Shown piece after piece: positions 23,813-36,351 of a DNA stretch of 64,000 bases; within the stretch, counting starts at the first letter, position 1; every line of letters starts with the position of its first letter. Both the position numbers and the translations under genes were made by a program. A model generated the notes under the pieces. That model was given only the letters and a program-made list of their open reading frames with translations, ran no database searches and had not been told where the DNA came from. The DNA comes from Chiloscyllium plagiosum (taxonomy: Eukaryota): the NCBI RefSeq assembly GCF_004010195.1, contig NC_057726.1, positions 69,947,468-70,011,467 of the forward strand, read 5' to 3'.

Positions 23813-24356
23813 GCTCATTTTATGCCGGTGTGATTTTAACAGGTAAATATTAAAATGTTGAAAGCTGATATTGCTAAAACCTAAGAACTGCTGGAGCAAC
23901 CGCCCAGGACACTCCATATGTTTTTGCTTTGCAATAAGTAAGTCACTACGTTGACTTGCGTGTCTGTTATGAATCAGTTATTTTTCCCCTCTGTCCCCTC
24001 TACATAACTGTCGTTTTCACCGTTGCTTTGTTGAACCACCGGCGATAGCAAATCATGAATCCAATTCCAGAGCCTATCGATAGTTATTTCCAGCTGAAAA
24101 ACTGAGATCTGTAACAACAGAAGTTCACGTTTTCTTGCCCACGCTTTGTCCGGGGATGAGTTAATATTCCCGCTGATACTGCACTATGTTCGCATCTCGG
24201 CACCAACAGCGCACATTGTCCAACCCTCACCACAGTGAGCACCTCCCCCACAACTGGACAGTAACTGTCCAGCAATGGGCCGAAACAAAAGATTGGGCTG
24301 TAATCCTCGTTTGACGTGAAGGTAACTTTATTTTTTCTTCCTGTTCACTTCCCTAG

Positions 24357-24668
24357 TTCCACCGACTCCACTGAATATTCTCTCTCAGCAGCCTGGAAAT
24401 GATCCATCCGTGACTCTTGCTGTTTTATGCTCCACATCTCCCTTTTACCCGAGGGATATCAGTTTTACTTGGTACAAAGATGGCAGTAAAACTACAACAG
24501 GAATCAGTACAGTCATTCGAGCAACAGACGACAGACTACACGAAGCATACAGCTGGTTGGAAGAAACACAGGCAATCCGAGCCGGAACTGTTTATACCTG
24601 CATGGTATCCCACAGCACCCTCCAAAGTTCAGCTGCGGTCAGTCACATCGTAACGAATGGCAGCCCGG
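24357..24668 (+). CDS. Gene B exon: Ig C1-set domain
   Basis: ttccctag| and |gtaaga, phase 1-1, 312 nt open. VLC.TSPFYPRDISFTWYKDG ... YTCMVSHSTL are C1-set signatures. Confidence 0.93.
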
Positions 24669-25344
24669 GTAAGAATTCTACTGGAACCATATCATTAATA
24701 ACGCACATCAAATCTGTGATACATGGAATTATACCGCACGGAAACAGACCCTTAGGTCCAACCAGTCCATGCCAAACCTCATCCCAAACTAAACTTGTTC
24801 CACCCGCCTGCTCCTGGTCCGTAATCCTGGCAAACCTTTCCCATATATGTACTTACCTAAATGTGTTTTAAACCATGTAATTGTCCCCATATCCATCACT
24901 TCCTCAGGAAGTTCATTCCACATGCAAACCGAACTCTGTGTAAAAACATTGGCCCTCATGCCTTTTTAGAAGGTCTCTCCTCTCACCTTAAACATGTGTC
25001 CCTAGTCTTGAAATTACCCATCCTAGGGAAAAGACAATGACCCTTCACCGTATCTGTACCCCTCATTATTTTATAAACTTGTATTGGGTCACCTCTCAAC
25101 CTCCTAATCTCCAGGGAAACAAGTCCCAACCTTGTATGTTTTACTTGCTAGAACCATGTAGTGTGCTCTTTATAATCATAAATGTGTTCTATTCAAGAAA
25201 ATATTCAATATTTTTGTTGACATTTTCCAGGCAAATTCTTTGAATTTGCACAGAAAATTAGAATTCACCTGGAGAAGATTACGTTTATTTTCTCTTTCTT
25301 GAAAATATCATAAATATATACTTTTTTGCAACAATAGCTAGGAC

Positions 25345-27705
25345 ACAGAACATAGAACAGTATAGGGCAGCATTCAGGCCCTTTGGCACACGATGTTGTA
25401 CTGAACATTTATCTTAATCTAAGATCAACCTAACCTACACACCCCTCAATTTACTGCCATCCATCTGCTTGTCCAGCAGTCGCTTAAATGTCCCTAATGT
25501 CTCTGACTCTACTAGCATCGCTGACAGTGCATTCCATCATCCACCACTCTCTGCAGAAAGAACCTACCTCTGATATCTCCCCTGTACATTCTTCCAATCA
25601 CCTTAAAATGAAGACCCTTCATGACAGCCATTTCTGCACTGGGGAAATGTCTCTGGCTATCTCCTCTGTCTATGCCTCTCAATGCCTTGTACATCTCAAT
25701 CAAGTCACTTTTCTTCCTTCTCTCCAGTGTGAAAAGCTCAAGCTCACTCAATCTCTCTTCATAAGTTATGCCCTCCAATCCAGGCAGCACCCTGGTAAAT
25801 CTCCTCTGCACCCTCTCTGAAGCATCTACATGCTTCCTTTAATGATGCGACCAGAACTGGACACAATATTCCAAGTGTGGTCTAAACATGGTTTTTTCGA
25901 GCTGCTGAAAAATCTCGAGGCTCTTAAACCCAATCCTTTGTGCCTTTCTAAAAAACCCTATCAACGTTGGTGGCAACTTTGAGGGATCTATGTACATGGA
26001 CACCAAAATCCTGCTGTTCCTCCACTCTGCCAACTATCCTGTCTTTAACCCTGTATTTAGCATTCAAATTCGACCTTCCAAAATGAATCACTTCACATTT
26101 ATCCAGGTTAAAATACATCTGCTACTTCTCAGCCCAGGTCTGCATCCTGTCAATGTTTTGTTGTCGCCTGCAAAAGCCCTCAACACTATCTACAACACCA
26201 CCGACCTTTGTGTCATTGGCAAACCTACTAGCCCACCCTTCCACTCCATCCAAGTCCGATATAAAAACTACAAAGAGCAGATGCCCAAGACCAGATCTCT
26301 GCAGGACACCACTGGTCACCAACCTCCAGGCAGAATGCTTTCCATCCACTACCATTTGCCTTTTCTTTCGGCCAGCCAATTCTGTATCCAGACAGCCACA
26401 TTTCCCTGTATCCCATACCTCTTAATATTCTGAATGAGCCTACAATGGTGAACCTTATCAAATGTCTTACTGAAATCCATATACACCACATCCACTGCTC
26501 GCTCTTCAGCAACCTGCATCGTCACATCCTCAAAGAACTCAATAAGGCTTGTGAGGCATGACCTGTCCCTACCCTCTCTCTGATCATTCTCTTATTCCTC
26601 ATGTTAAGTGAAGAATGCATTTGGATTTTCATTAATCATTCCTGCTAAGGCTTTTTCGTGCCCTCTCCTAGCTCTCCTCAGTCCATTTCTGTGATCCTCT
26701 AAAGCTGTGACAGAACCTTACTTCCTCAACCTTAAGTATGTTTCCTTCTTCCTCTTGGTAAGAAGCTCCTCTTCTCTTGTCATCCAATGCTCCTTCACTT
26801 TACCATTCGTTGCCTGTCTCAATAAGGCAAAGTTATCCAACACTCGCAACAAGTGGTCCTTAAACAGCCTCCATATTTCCGTTGTGCATTTCCTGTAGAA
26901 CAATTGTTCCCTATTTATCCTCCACAGCTCCTGTATAATAGTGCTATAATTTTCCTCTCCCCCAATTAAATACCTTTCCATACTGTCCGTTCATGTCCCG
27001 GTCATGACTGTGGTGAAGGTGAGGCAGTTGAGGTCACTGTCACCGAAACGCTCTCCCACCGAGAGATCGGACACCTGTCCTGGCTCGTTGCCTAGCACCA
27101 AATCCAATGTAGCTTCCCCCAGTCAGCCTGCCTACGAATCAAGTAGGCGAACGTGAGGGCTGCAGATGCTGGAGATCAGAGTCAAGATTAGAGTAGTGCT
27201 GGAAATGCACAGCAGGTCAGGCAGCATCCGAGGAGCAGGAAAATTGACGTTTCGGGCAGGAGCCCTTCATTAGGAATGGTGAAGGGATTCTGCCCGTAAC
27301 AACGATTTTCCTGCTTCTCGGACACTGCCTGACATGTTGTGCTTTTCCAGCACCAATCTAATCTTACCGAAGTATTGAGAAAGGAATCCTTTCTGGACAC
27401 ACCTGACAAAATCAGCTCCATCCAGACCATCTGCACTAAAGAGGTTTCAATCAATATTGGGAAGTTGAAGTCATGCATAACAACAATTCTGTCACACCTT
27501 CACCTTTCTGAGAGCTGCTTTCCAATCTGTTCTTCCATCTCTCTACTGCTATTGGGGAGTCAATAGAAAACACCGAATAAAGTGACTGTTCCTTCCCTGT
27601 TACTGACTCCCACCCATACTGACTCAGTAGACAACCCCTCCACAACAATCTCCTTTTCTGCAGCTGTGATGGACTCTCTAATTAGCAATGCCACTCTCCC
27701 TCCTC
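25345..27705 (-). mobile_element. CR1 LINE (3' end near 25345), interrupted by a Penelope pLTR fragment (about 27150-27360)
   Basis: RPHLEYCVQFWS, RRFTRVLPGL, RFANDTKVGG and DFNFP motifs on the minus strand. Confidence 0.9.
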
Positions 27706-27874
27706 TTGAATTGGATTGAATTTATTGTCACATCTACTGAGGCACAGTGAAAAGCTTTGTCTTGCGAGCAGTAAAGTCAGATCACATAGCTAAGTAGTAT
27801 AGATAGTAAATAATAGGTAAGCAGCAGCAAAAATAAAAACACAGGTACAGGCGAATGTTAAGAGTTTGTGGCAT

Positions 27875-27982
27875 GAGAGAATGTGCAAACTCCACACAGA
27901 CAGTCACTCGAGGCTGGAATCAAACCCGAACGCCTGGCGCTGTGAGGCCTTAATGCTAACCACTGAGAAACCATGCTGCCCT
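27875..27982 (-). mobile_element. HE1/V-SINE 5' fragment
   Basis: Matches the tRNA-derived head of the SINE at 59055-59360. Confidence 0.75.
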
Positions 27983-28634
27983 TAAACAGATGAGTAACTT
28001 AAACTATTTTCCAGTCCTCTGCAACCTGCCTTGAGTCCAATGATTCCTGAGAGATCACCACAAATGCCTTTACGATCTCCTTCGCTATCTCCCTCAGAGC
28101 TCAGAGGTGTACGTCTGGTATGGATGATTTATCTACCTTCATATCATTCAGCTTCCCCAGCACTTTTTGCTTGTAACAGCCACTGCACTCACCTTTGCCT
28201 CTTGAATCTCTTGAAATTCAGGTATGCTGCTGGTGTCTCCACTGTGATAACTGATGCAAGTACATGTCCATGGACTTGACATGATGCTAAACATTAATTT
28301 TTATAATGTTTGGGACTAATACTGCAACAAAGTTTGAATGAGAGACATGCAATGGTTTTCTTTAACTCTGGATTTAATAGAGTCAAAGAGGCACAGAGAT
28401 GTACAGCACGGAAACAGACACTTTGGTCCAACTTGTCCTTGTCTGGCTTTGTTTCTAATTTCCAGCATCCATAGTTCTCAGACATTTTTTTAAACTTATC
28501 GATCTGCATGATGTGACAACAATCATCAACTACTAAATGTATTGGAAAGTGTATTCTAAAAGGAAATGATAAAAAAGCAATTATGAGGCAGTTACTTTGG
28601 CATTACCTATAATGGCAAAACGTTCGTCCAAAAT

Positions 28635-29280
28635 AGAGTCATAGAGATGTACAGCATGGAAACTGACCCTTCGGTCCAATCCGTCCATGCCGACTAGATA
28701 TCCCAACCCATTCTAGTCCCATCTGCTAGCAACTGCCCCACATCTCTCCAAATCCTTTCTATTCATATACCCATCATGATGCCTTTTAAATGTTGCAAAT
28801 TTACTGCCCTCCACCACTTTCTCTGGCAGCTCATCCCATACGCGGACCACCACATTTGAAAAAGTTGCCCCTGCAGTCTCTTTTATATCTTTCCCCTCTC
28901 ACCTAAACCTATGCCCTCCAGTTCTGGACTCCACCACCTCCTCATGATTTTATGAACCTCCATTAGGTCACCCCTCAACCTCCGACGCTCCAGGGAAAAC
29001 AGCCCCAGCCTATTCAACCTCTCCCTATAGCTCAAATCCACCAACTTTGGCAACATCCTTGTAAATCTTTCCTGAACCCTTTCAAGTTTCACAACATCTT
29101 TCCGATAGGAAGGAGACCAGAATTGCACTCAATATTACAAAAGTGGCCGAACCCATGTCCAGCTGCAAAATGGTCTGTACTCAGTACTCTGATCAATAAA
29201 GGAAAGGATGTCAAACCCCTTTTTCACTATCCTATCTACCTGCGACTCTACTTTCAAGGAGCTATGCATCTGCACTCCAT
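28635..29280 (-). mobile_element. CR1 LINE 3' fragment
   Basis: VQFWSPSYRKDVVKLERVQERFTRMLP...LERRRLRGDL. Confidence 0.9.
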
Positions 29281-30249
29281 GTTCAGTGTAATTGTCTGCA
29301 GAGTGATACACTGTATCTTATCTGAAAAATATAACATCACTGGAACTGAACCATTGACTCTGCTTTTTCTCCACAGATGACGCCAGACCTTCTGAGTTTT
29401 TCTAACAATTTCTGTTATTGTTCCTGATTTCCAGCATCTAAAGTTCTTTGAGGATTTTGTTAAACCTTAGATTCTTACAATGGCGCCTTCAAAGATAGCT
29501 GAATATGCACCTTGACGTTCTACCATATCTGCCTCAGAATAAAACTATTTAGAATATCCTGCCTCTCCTAGCTGTTTTGACAAAATGTACAATCAATTTA
29601 TAATTACAAATATAAGTTTCTGCCAATTTGAAATGCTTACCTGTATGGTTTAACATCAGCTCCTGTGTTCAGCACTGCATACTAGCTGATCATCAGAAAA
29701 CATTCTGTCATCCATGAATCACACAATTTCACTCCAGCTATTCAAGACACAGTAATTTGCAAAGTCATTAAGTGAAGATTTGTCATCAATGTGATTCCAG
29801 GAGGACCTGATTTAAAGTTGACATTTATAAACACATTGCTAAATTAGGGTCAGTTAGAGCAGAGGTACTGGTTCCAGTTTTGGCCACAATGGATGCACTG
29901 AGATAGTAGGTTTTTCATAAAACATCTAAAAAGATTCTTGCATATTGTTTAGGGAACAGTCCACATTGGAAACATGGACATTGAGGTTATGATGAATCAT
30001 AAATTGCGGTGATTAAACTTATCTTCCATGCAGTCATTCTTAGTTCTACAAATGCAATTGAAGACAATTGCAGTTCTGATGGCACTCTTAAAATGAATGG
30101 AATTGGCATTCATCATTCAAACATTTGATCCCATGTAAGGGTCCCATACAGGGAGAGGCTAAATAGACTGGGCCTGTCGGTCCTAGAGCTTCAGAAGTTG
30201 AGGGGTGACGTAAAAGATGGTTATAAGAAAATGATCAACTAGCATTTTA

Positions 30250-30690
30250 GAGTCATAGATTCATAGAGATGTACAACACGGAAACTGACCATTTGGTCCA
30301 ACTCAGCCATGCTGAGCAGATATCCTCAATTAATCTAATCCCATTTGCCAGCATTTGTCCCATATCCCTCTCAACCATTTCTATTCATATGCCCATTTAA
30401 ATGTTGTAATTGTACCAACCTCAAACACTTCCTCTGGCAGTTCACTCCATGCAGGCACCACCCATTGCGAGAAAACGTTTCCCCTTAGGTCCCTTTTAAA
30501 GCTTTTCCCTCTCACATTAAACTCATGCCCTCTAGTTTTGGACTCTTCTATCACAGGAAAATGACCTTGTCTATTTACCTTATCCATGCCCCTCCTGATT
30601 TTATCACCCTCTTTAAGGTCACCCCTCAACCTATGATGCTCCAAGGAAGACAGCGCCAGCCTATTCAGCCTCTCCCTGTAGTGCAAACCC
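30250..30690 (-). mobile_element. CR1 LINE 3' end, enclosed in an inverted duplication (30065-30766)
   Basis: YRERLNRLAL..LRGDL...RGNVFSQWVV..W motif and 3' tail. Confidence 0.85.
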
Positions 30691-33314
30691 TTTCATGGGA
30701 GATGAAATTTTTGAATTATGAATGCCAATTGCATTCATTTTAAGAGTGCCATCAGAACTGCAATTGGGATAAACAACATTGCTCAGCTCATAAATTATAT
30801 AGAGATCAAACCTGTTTGGTTATATCCTGGTGTTGTGTCCTTTGGCTTTGCCCACTCCAGTCCAACACCAGCACCTCTACATTATAATGTAATTGTTTTA
30901 ATCAGCATCAGAACTCATAGCTCCCTCCAAACTGAATGAATGGATGTAGTTGCTGTGGGGATGTTCACCGGCCTGGGAAATTGGTTTGCTGCTTGGTGAA
31001 CATGTCCACAGCAACTGCAACCATCATCCAAGCTACAAACCTTTACATAAACCTCGAATGCATGGATGCTGACAAAAACAGCAAGTTCACCCATAGAATC
31101 CAAGAGTCCTGAAGCATATTTGGTCCATCACATCAGTATGGTAATTTGAGTGGGGTGCCAGATTTACTCCCATACCACTGTGTGCCATTTGCACCTCAAC
31201 AAATTAGTCCACCGAAAACACAGATTCCACTGCTCTGCTCCGTATTTCTGTGTAAATCACTCTCAAAAACTTTTATTGTGAGAGTTTTCTGAATCTTCCT
31301 GACCTCCTTCAGAAAATAGCTATCCTCACTTAATTTGTGCATCTTTGTGACTAGTTGAATGTTATAATTGCAGGTTGTTTATTCATTCCCTCATGAAAGT
31401 TATTCCACTTTACTCAGTCGATCAAACTTCATGATTCCATATCCTTTTGCCAATCTCAACAAACTTCTTTGGTCGCATGAGAAACTTTTCTGTTCTCAAA
31501 TTCCTTAAATGATCTCAAACCACTCATCATTTTGAACCATCCACTCTACACTACAAGTAGAACCTTGAGTCCTGAATTGTACATAATTTTGCATCAGAGA
31601 ACTAACCTGTAATTTGCAAATGTTTAGCATGACTTCCATAATTTTGTACTCAATGTTACTCTCACGCAAGTTAAAGAATTCCATGAGCATCTGACAGCAT
31701 CTTATTACACCAGATGCGCTGAATCTTATGAAACTGCATCCTCAGTTTCAATTGACACTGCATGCATCTCGAAATGATATGATTAAGATCACACTGTCTC
31801 TCTGATTTACTTAGTACAACTGCACATTACACAGCTATGTGCATTAAATTGCCCTGTCTGAAGATATCAGTCTTTATATGTCATTCTGTTGTTCTCTACT
31901 GTCTCCCGGTTTGTATACAATGTCACAATCACCAATGATCCTATCAATCATGACCTTCAAATGTTGTTCTGCTGCTACTCCTGCTCAGTCCTTTGACACA
32001 CTAATGCCGAGGGAATCCCACTGCATTCTAAAGCTGTGTTTGAAGTATGAACTTTTGTTCAGCTTCACTTTCTGTCAAAACATTTCTCCACTGGTTGCTT
32101 GCAGAAGCTACTTTCTCTGATAGAGGTCATCCCTGTGAAAAGATGACTTTTGCTTTGTTGCCCAAGCCTATGCTAAGCACCTTTTGCTGTGTCTCAGGAT
32201 GCTTTCTCTGGTGTGGAGGTCTCTGCTGTAAATGAATTCCATGGGCTAAAATAATGCAGGGTTCATTCAGCAAGTTTGATTGCTTTTTTTTCCTTTAATC
32301 TGCATTAGTTGTTTCATTTTCCTTTCTGTCAAACATAAGTTAAGTTGATCATCATTTTCTACTTCATGGTCTCATGACCACAACGCTAATAACCATTTCA
32401 TATGCTGCGGAGTCAAAAGATTTTATGAGAATTTTGAAAAATGTTGTATCATCATAAGGATCAAGTAGCTTGTTACTGTTGATGTTTATAATGAAGCCGG
32501 AGATGTGCCTCTCAGAGCTCGGTCCATTCTTCCTCAGTTAGCACCTTGTGGCTACTGTTAATACGGTAGGTTTACAGGATTTCAGAAATGTCCTTTTTTG
32601 AATGGTTGATATTTGCCTGAGTTAGCCATTGATTTTTGTTGAGGAGGAAGAAATTTTACCGACAGGATGTCCAATGCTTTTTCTCACATCAATACATTAT
32701 TGTTGTTCTGACCACGATGTACCACAAACAGTAGTCTTGACTTTTGAGAGTAATATATCCATCACATAAAGAGAAATTATGCACTATCTGGAGTGACAGT
32801 GCACCAATGTTTGGCAAGCGAGGGCCAGTGAATCATTGGAGGGGGTTTTGAATTAGTTTTCCAAGTGAACACCCATCAGGATCTGAATGAGATATGTTAG
32901 AGATTTGGTCTTAACTCTGGTGTTTGGCAGGGAATGTCTCACTAACAGATGGTTCTCACAGGCATTTGTCCTGGCATTGGGTTCCTCAACACAGTCCAGT
33001 AGCCTTTCCACAGTAAAACCATGTTCCACTCCACTCTAATGAGCTCCAGGAGACTGAGAAAACACTCACCATGATTTATATTATCTGCAAGTTCACTTCA
33101 GAAAATGGAGGTTTCAGACAAATAATGTAAAGATTGTTATCTCAGTCTGAAAATCCAAAGGGAAGTGGAAAACTTAAGTTCAGTTCTGTAGTTGAATATG
33201 CATTCCATTAAGACATGACTAAAATGATTTAATGTACCCTAACTTTCCACTCAAGTGTTAACTGATATGAACAGTAAGCAATGTTAATTGATGTTTGTGA
33301 TTTATTTGTTTTAG

Positions 33315-33425
33315 ACTGTGTGTCCACAAAGTATTTGATGATTTCTGCAACTGTATCAGCTGGATTGATATTATTGGTGCTCAGCCTCATCATGGTGAAG
33401 CGATACACAGCAAACAAAAATATGG
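33315..33425 (+). CDS. Gene B exon: connecting peptide + uncharged transmembrane helix
   Basis: ttgttttag| and |gtagga, phase 1-1, 111 nt: DCVSTKYLMISATVSAGLILLVLSLIMVKRYTANKNM. In frame with the C1 exon. Confidence 0.85.
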
Positions 33426-34704
33426 GTAGGAAGTTATTTAATCTTTTCAAATAAACAATGTCCAAATAGAATGTCAATTTTAACTTTGCACTATATCTTA
33501 AGATTTTCTCTGTGCAACTGAATAGGTTACACAATACTTAGCTTATCTGACATGGCCAGGGCAATGGGGTACAATATTCAAATTTTATCCAACCTCCCAG
33601 AGATATGAGCATGCCAAAGGTGCTTTATTGCAAAATGAAGATTATTTCATTGTCTGGGATTACTGCTTTTGGGGAATCAATCTTCAGGTTTCCCAGCATG
33701 CATTCATTGTTGAACTTTCCATTTCTGAATATCAAAATATGTATCGTAATCAAATATAGGGCCGCATTTTTCTGACGAATGGCAATCTTACACAGATTGG
33801 CATCCTGACCCTTCAATGACAGCGATAAAGAGCTCCATATTTCTGAAAGTAGCTTCTGATCAAGCATCCATCAGAAACACAGAGTTCTGCTTCCATTCTA
33901 ATAATTCTCTTGTAACACAGAGCAGTCAGGGAAAAGCAAACTAAGTCTCCTTTTCACAGCAGTCACTTGCCCCTAGCTGAAGTTTAGCTGTCCAGAACAG
34001 ACAGCCACTTTCACACCAGCTGTCAAGTGGTAGGTACCAAATGCAAGTATGAGGTTAGGGTGCTGCGGAGAGATGCTGCCATCTGGATGAGGGTCAGATA
34101 AATAGGATGCCAAGTGAGATGAAGTGGCAAGCTGATATGAATTAGGATGGCAGTTGGGAATTATGCCAAATGTTCAGGAGGCCAATTGGGTGGTGGGTAT
34201 CCTGCTATGGGTTAGCGTGCCAGGTGGGTAGAATGCCAAATGGGAAGGGAATACGTTGACAGGAAGTAGGGTTCTAGGTGAAAAGAACAGTGGGATGGCA
34301 CATGGATAACTATAATAAAAGAGTGCCAAGATAGCTCCTCAGCCAGTTAAGTGATACAGTGCATAAAGTGCATCAGAATAGTTGAAAACTTGTGTCTGGC
34401 AGACCGCAAGAGGGAGTGATTATCTTGTCCTAAGGGAGTCAGGTCTCCCGTGGGAAGGGCATGGATTGATTATAGGAGGGGCAGAGACAGACCATACTGG
34501 AAATTCGGCAAGAGGGATATCATGTCCCAGGAAAGGAAGGGCAACATGTCCCAGGAAGGAGGAGTCAGGCTGGGTTTGAAGTGAGGAAAGGAAAGAGCTT
34601 CTTCAGGGCAGGTAATGGTGTTGCCACCAAGACTTAGTGAGGAAAGTAGACTGCTGTTTCTTTTGCTGGGGAAGATGATCCTGAACCAAATGGGTCACAG
34701 GCAG

Positions 34705-35092
34705 ATTTTATTTCTGGAGCTTACGAGGTTGAGGAGTGACCTTATCAAGGTTTATAAAATCATGAGATGTGCAGCTGAGGTGAACAGAAAAAGTCCTTTC
34801 CCTGGGGTGGGGAAGCTCAAGCTGGGAGGAGAAAGATTTAACAGGGACCTGAGGGACATCTTTTTCACACAGAGGGTGGTTTGTGCGTGGAATGATCTGC
34901 TGGATGAAGTTATAGATGCAAGTACAGTTACATCATTTAAAAGATATTTGGATAGACAAATGGATAGGAAAGTTTCACAGGGATTTGGGCCAAATGCAGG
35001 CTGTGGGATTAGTTTAGTTTGGGAAACTTGTTTCACATGGACTGGTTGGGCTGAAGGGTCCGTTTCAATGCTGTGTGACTCAATGACTCTGT
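34705..35092 (+). mobile_element. CR1 LINE 3' end
   Basis: RLRSDLIKVYKIMR...FFTQRVVCAWNDL...FKRYLD plus 3' UTR tail. Confidence 0.85.
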
Positions 35093-35819
35093 CCAGAGAG
35101 GGAGAAGTGGAGCTGTGTCTGCAGTAGGGAAAAAATGGGTGATGAATCTAGCTTTGGGGGAGAGGAATGCATGAGATTTAAACTGGGGTAAAGGGGAAGC
35201 TCTGTTTTATGGCTGTGGGGGCAGATCAGCTTCAGAGATGGTAAGAACGGGCAACATCGTGCGGGAGAGTCCCATCAGGCCCATTGTGGGGAAAGGGCAT
35301 TTGCTGGAACCAAGAAATGCAAGGCAGTGAAGGACGAGCTGGTCCAGAAAACATCAGGGTTTTGTCATTTCCACAGGCCAGCATGGTGTAAGGTACCAGG
35401 CAGAGGAAGGTGATTTCTGGTCAGGATTTCTGAGCAAATGTTGCCTGTCAGACGTATTGTTATTCAGGAGTTGAACGACATCTTCAATAGTATAAGGTTT
35501 GATTTGAGTGTCTGCATTTAATTTAATCAGAGACCTCCAAATTCTATTTACGTGGATGCTTTCAGAGGGTTCTAAGTGTAGAGAAATTGCCCAATTTCTG
35601 GCAATTATTTTGGAGTCTACTATATTGAGCAGTCGACTATTGTCTTCCTGTTCAGCTCCCATCCATGATGAAATGTCAATTATCTGGCACTGGAAAATGT
35701 GGGCCAATACCTTTTTTAAAATTGTGGTATGGGGATTGTGTTATGATTTGCATTAAGCTTTGCAGAAACGCATTTCCCGGATTGTTATTCATTTTAAACT
35801 TTATTTCTTACCCGATTAG

Positions 35820-35860
35820 TGAAAACCAATGATGACAAATCGAGTAATGATGAACACAAG
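35820..35860 (+). CDS. Gene B exon: cytoplasmic micro-exon with GC donor
   Basis: Pyrimidine-rich acceptor ending gattag|. 41 nt, phase 1-0, VKTNDDKSSNDEHK. Donor AAG|gcaagt is the GC-AG consensus. Supplies exactly the phase change needed between the TM and ITIM exons. Confidence 0.7.
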
Positions 35861-36351
35861 GCAAGTTTTTTTTACACAAAATATAACTGTATATAACTAA
35901 TTCGCATTTAGTGCAATAGCTATGTTTTATTTTGCTGCTTTAATTATTTATGCAAAATAACACAGGTTGTACTCAGTGACATAGGATTAAAACAAAAACA
36001 TCAGTAGGTCAGATGGTGTCTACTGTAGCTGTAATATTGTGATTGTGAACATACTAATTAAGAGTTTGTATAGAACAGAATGTTTGCTTTGGCTCTTAGG
36101 AAAAGAAATCACTGTGATATGCTTAGTTTGTATGTAGCATTGTCCAAAACACAGACATTGACTTTTATCCTCCACCTGACACTTACTTACAAGCCCAACT
36201 TTACCAGTCAAGCAGGAATTGACAATGATAGTTACCATTATCAGTGATGTCTCCAGATGCAGAATTAATAGAACGTTTTTCTGAATGTTGCATTTTGACG
36301 ATGGCAGTTTTGTTATTTTTTGATGCACCCTTGTTTTAAAAAATTCTCAAG

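Larger units (their letters stand above)
21090..25130 (+). repeat. Segmental duplication unit 1 (paralogous to about 52365-56690)
   Basis: Colinear high identity across introns, V and C1 exons and shared TE insertions. Weaker homology continues at about 29650-30060 vs about 57790-58170. Confidence 0.95.

Noticed and set aside
24231-24258. CACAGTG + 12-nt spacer in the V-C1 intron as a possible RSS
   Set aside because: The nonamer matches only 4/9 (ACAACTGGA), it is not adjacent to a coding segment, and the heptamer is not conserved in the paralogue (CACCATG).
22379-24668. Rearranging TCR or Ig light-chain locus
   Set aside because: The J-like strand is fused to V, there are no RSS, D or J segments, and the downstream TM and ITIM tail are unlike TCR or IgL.
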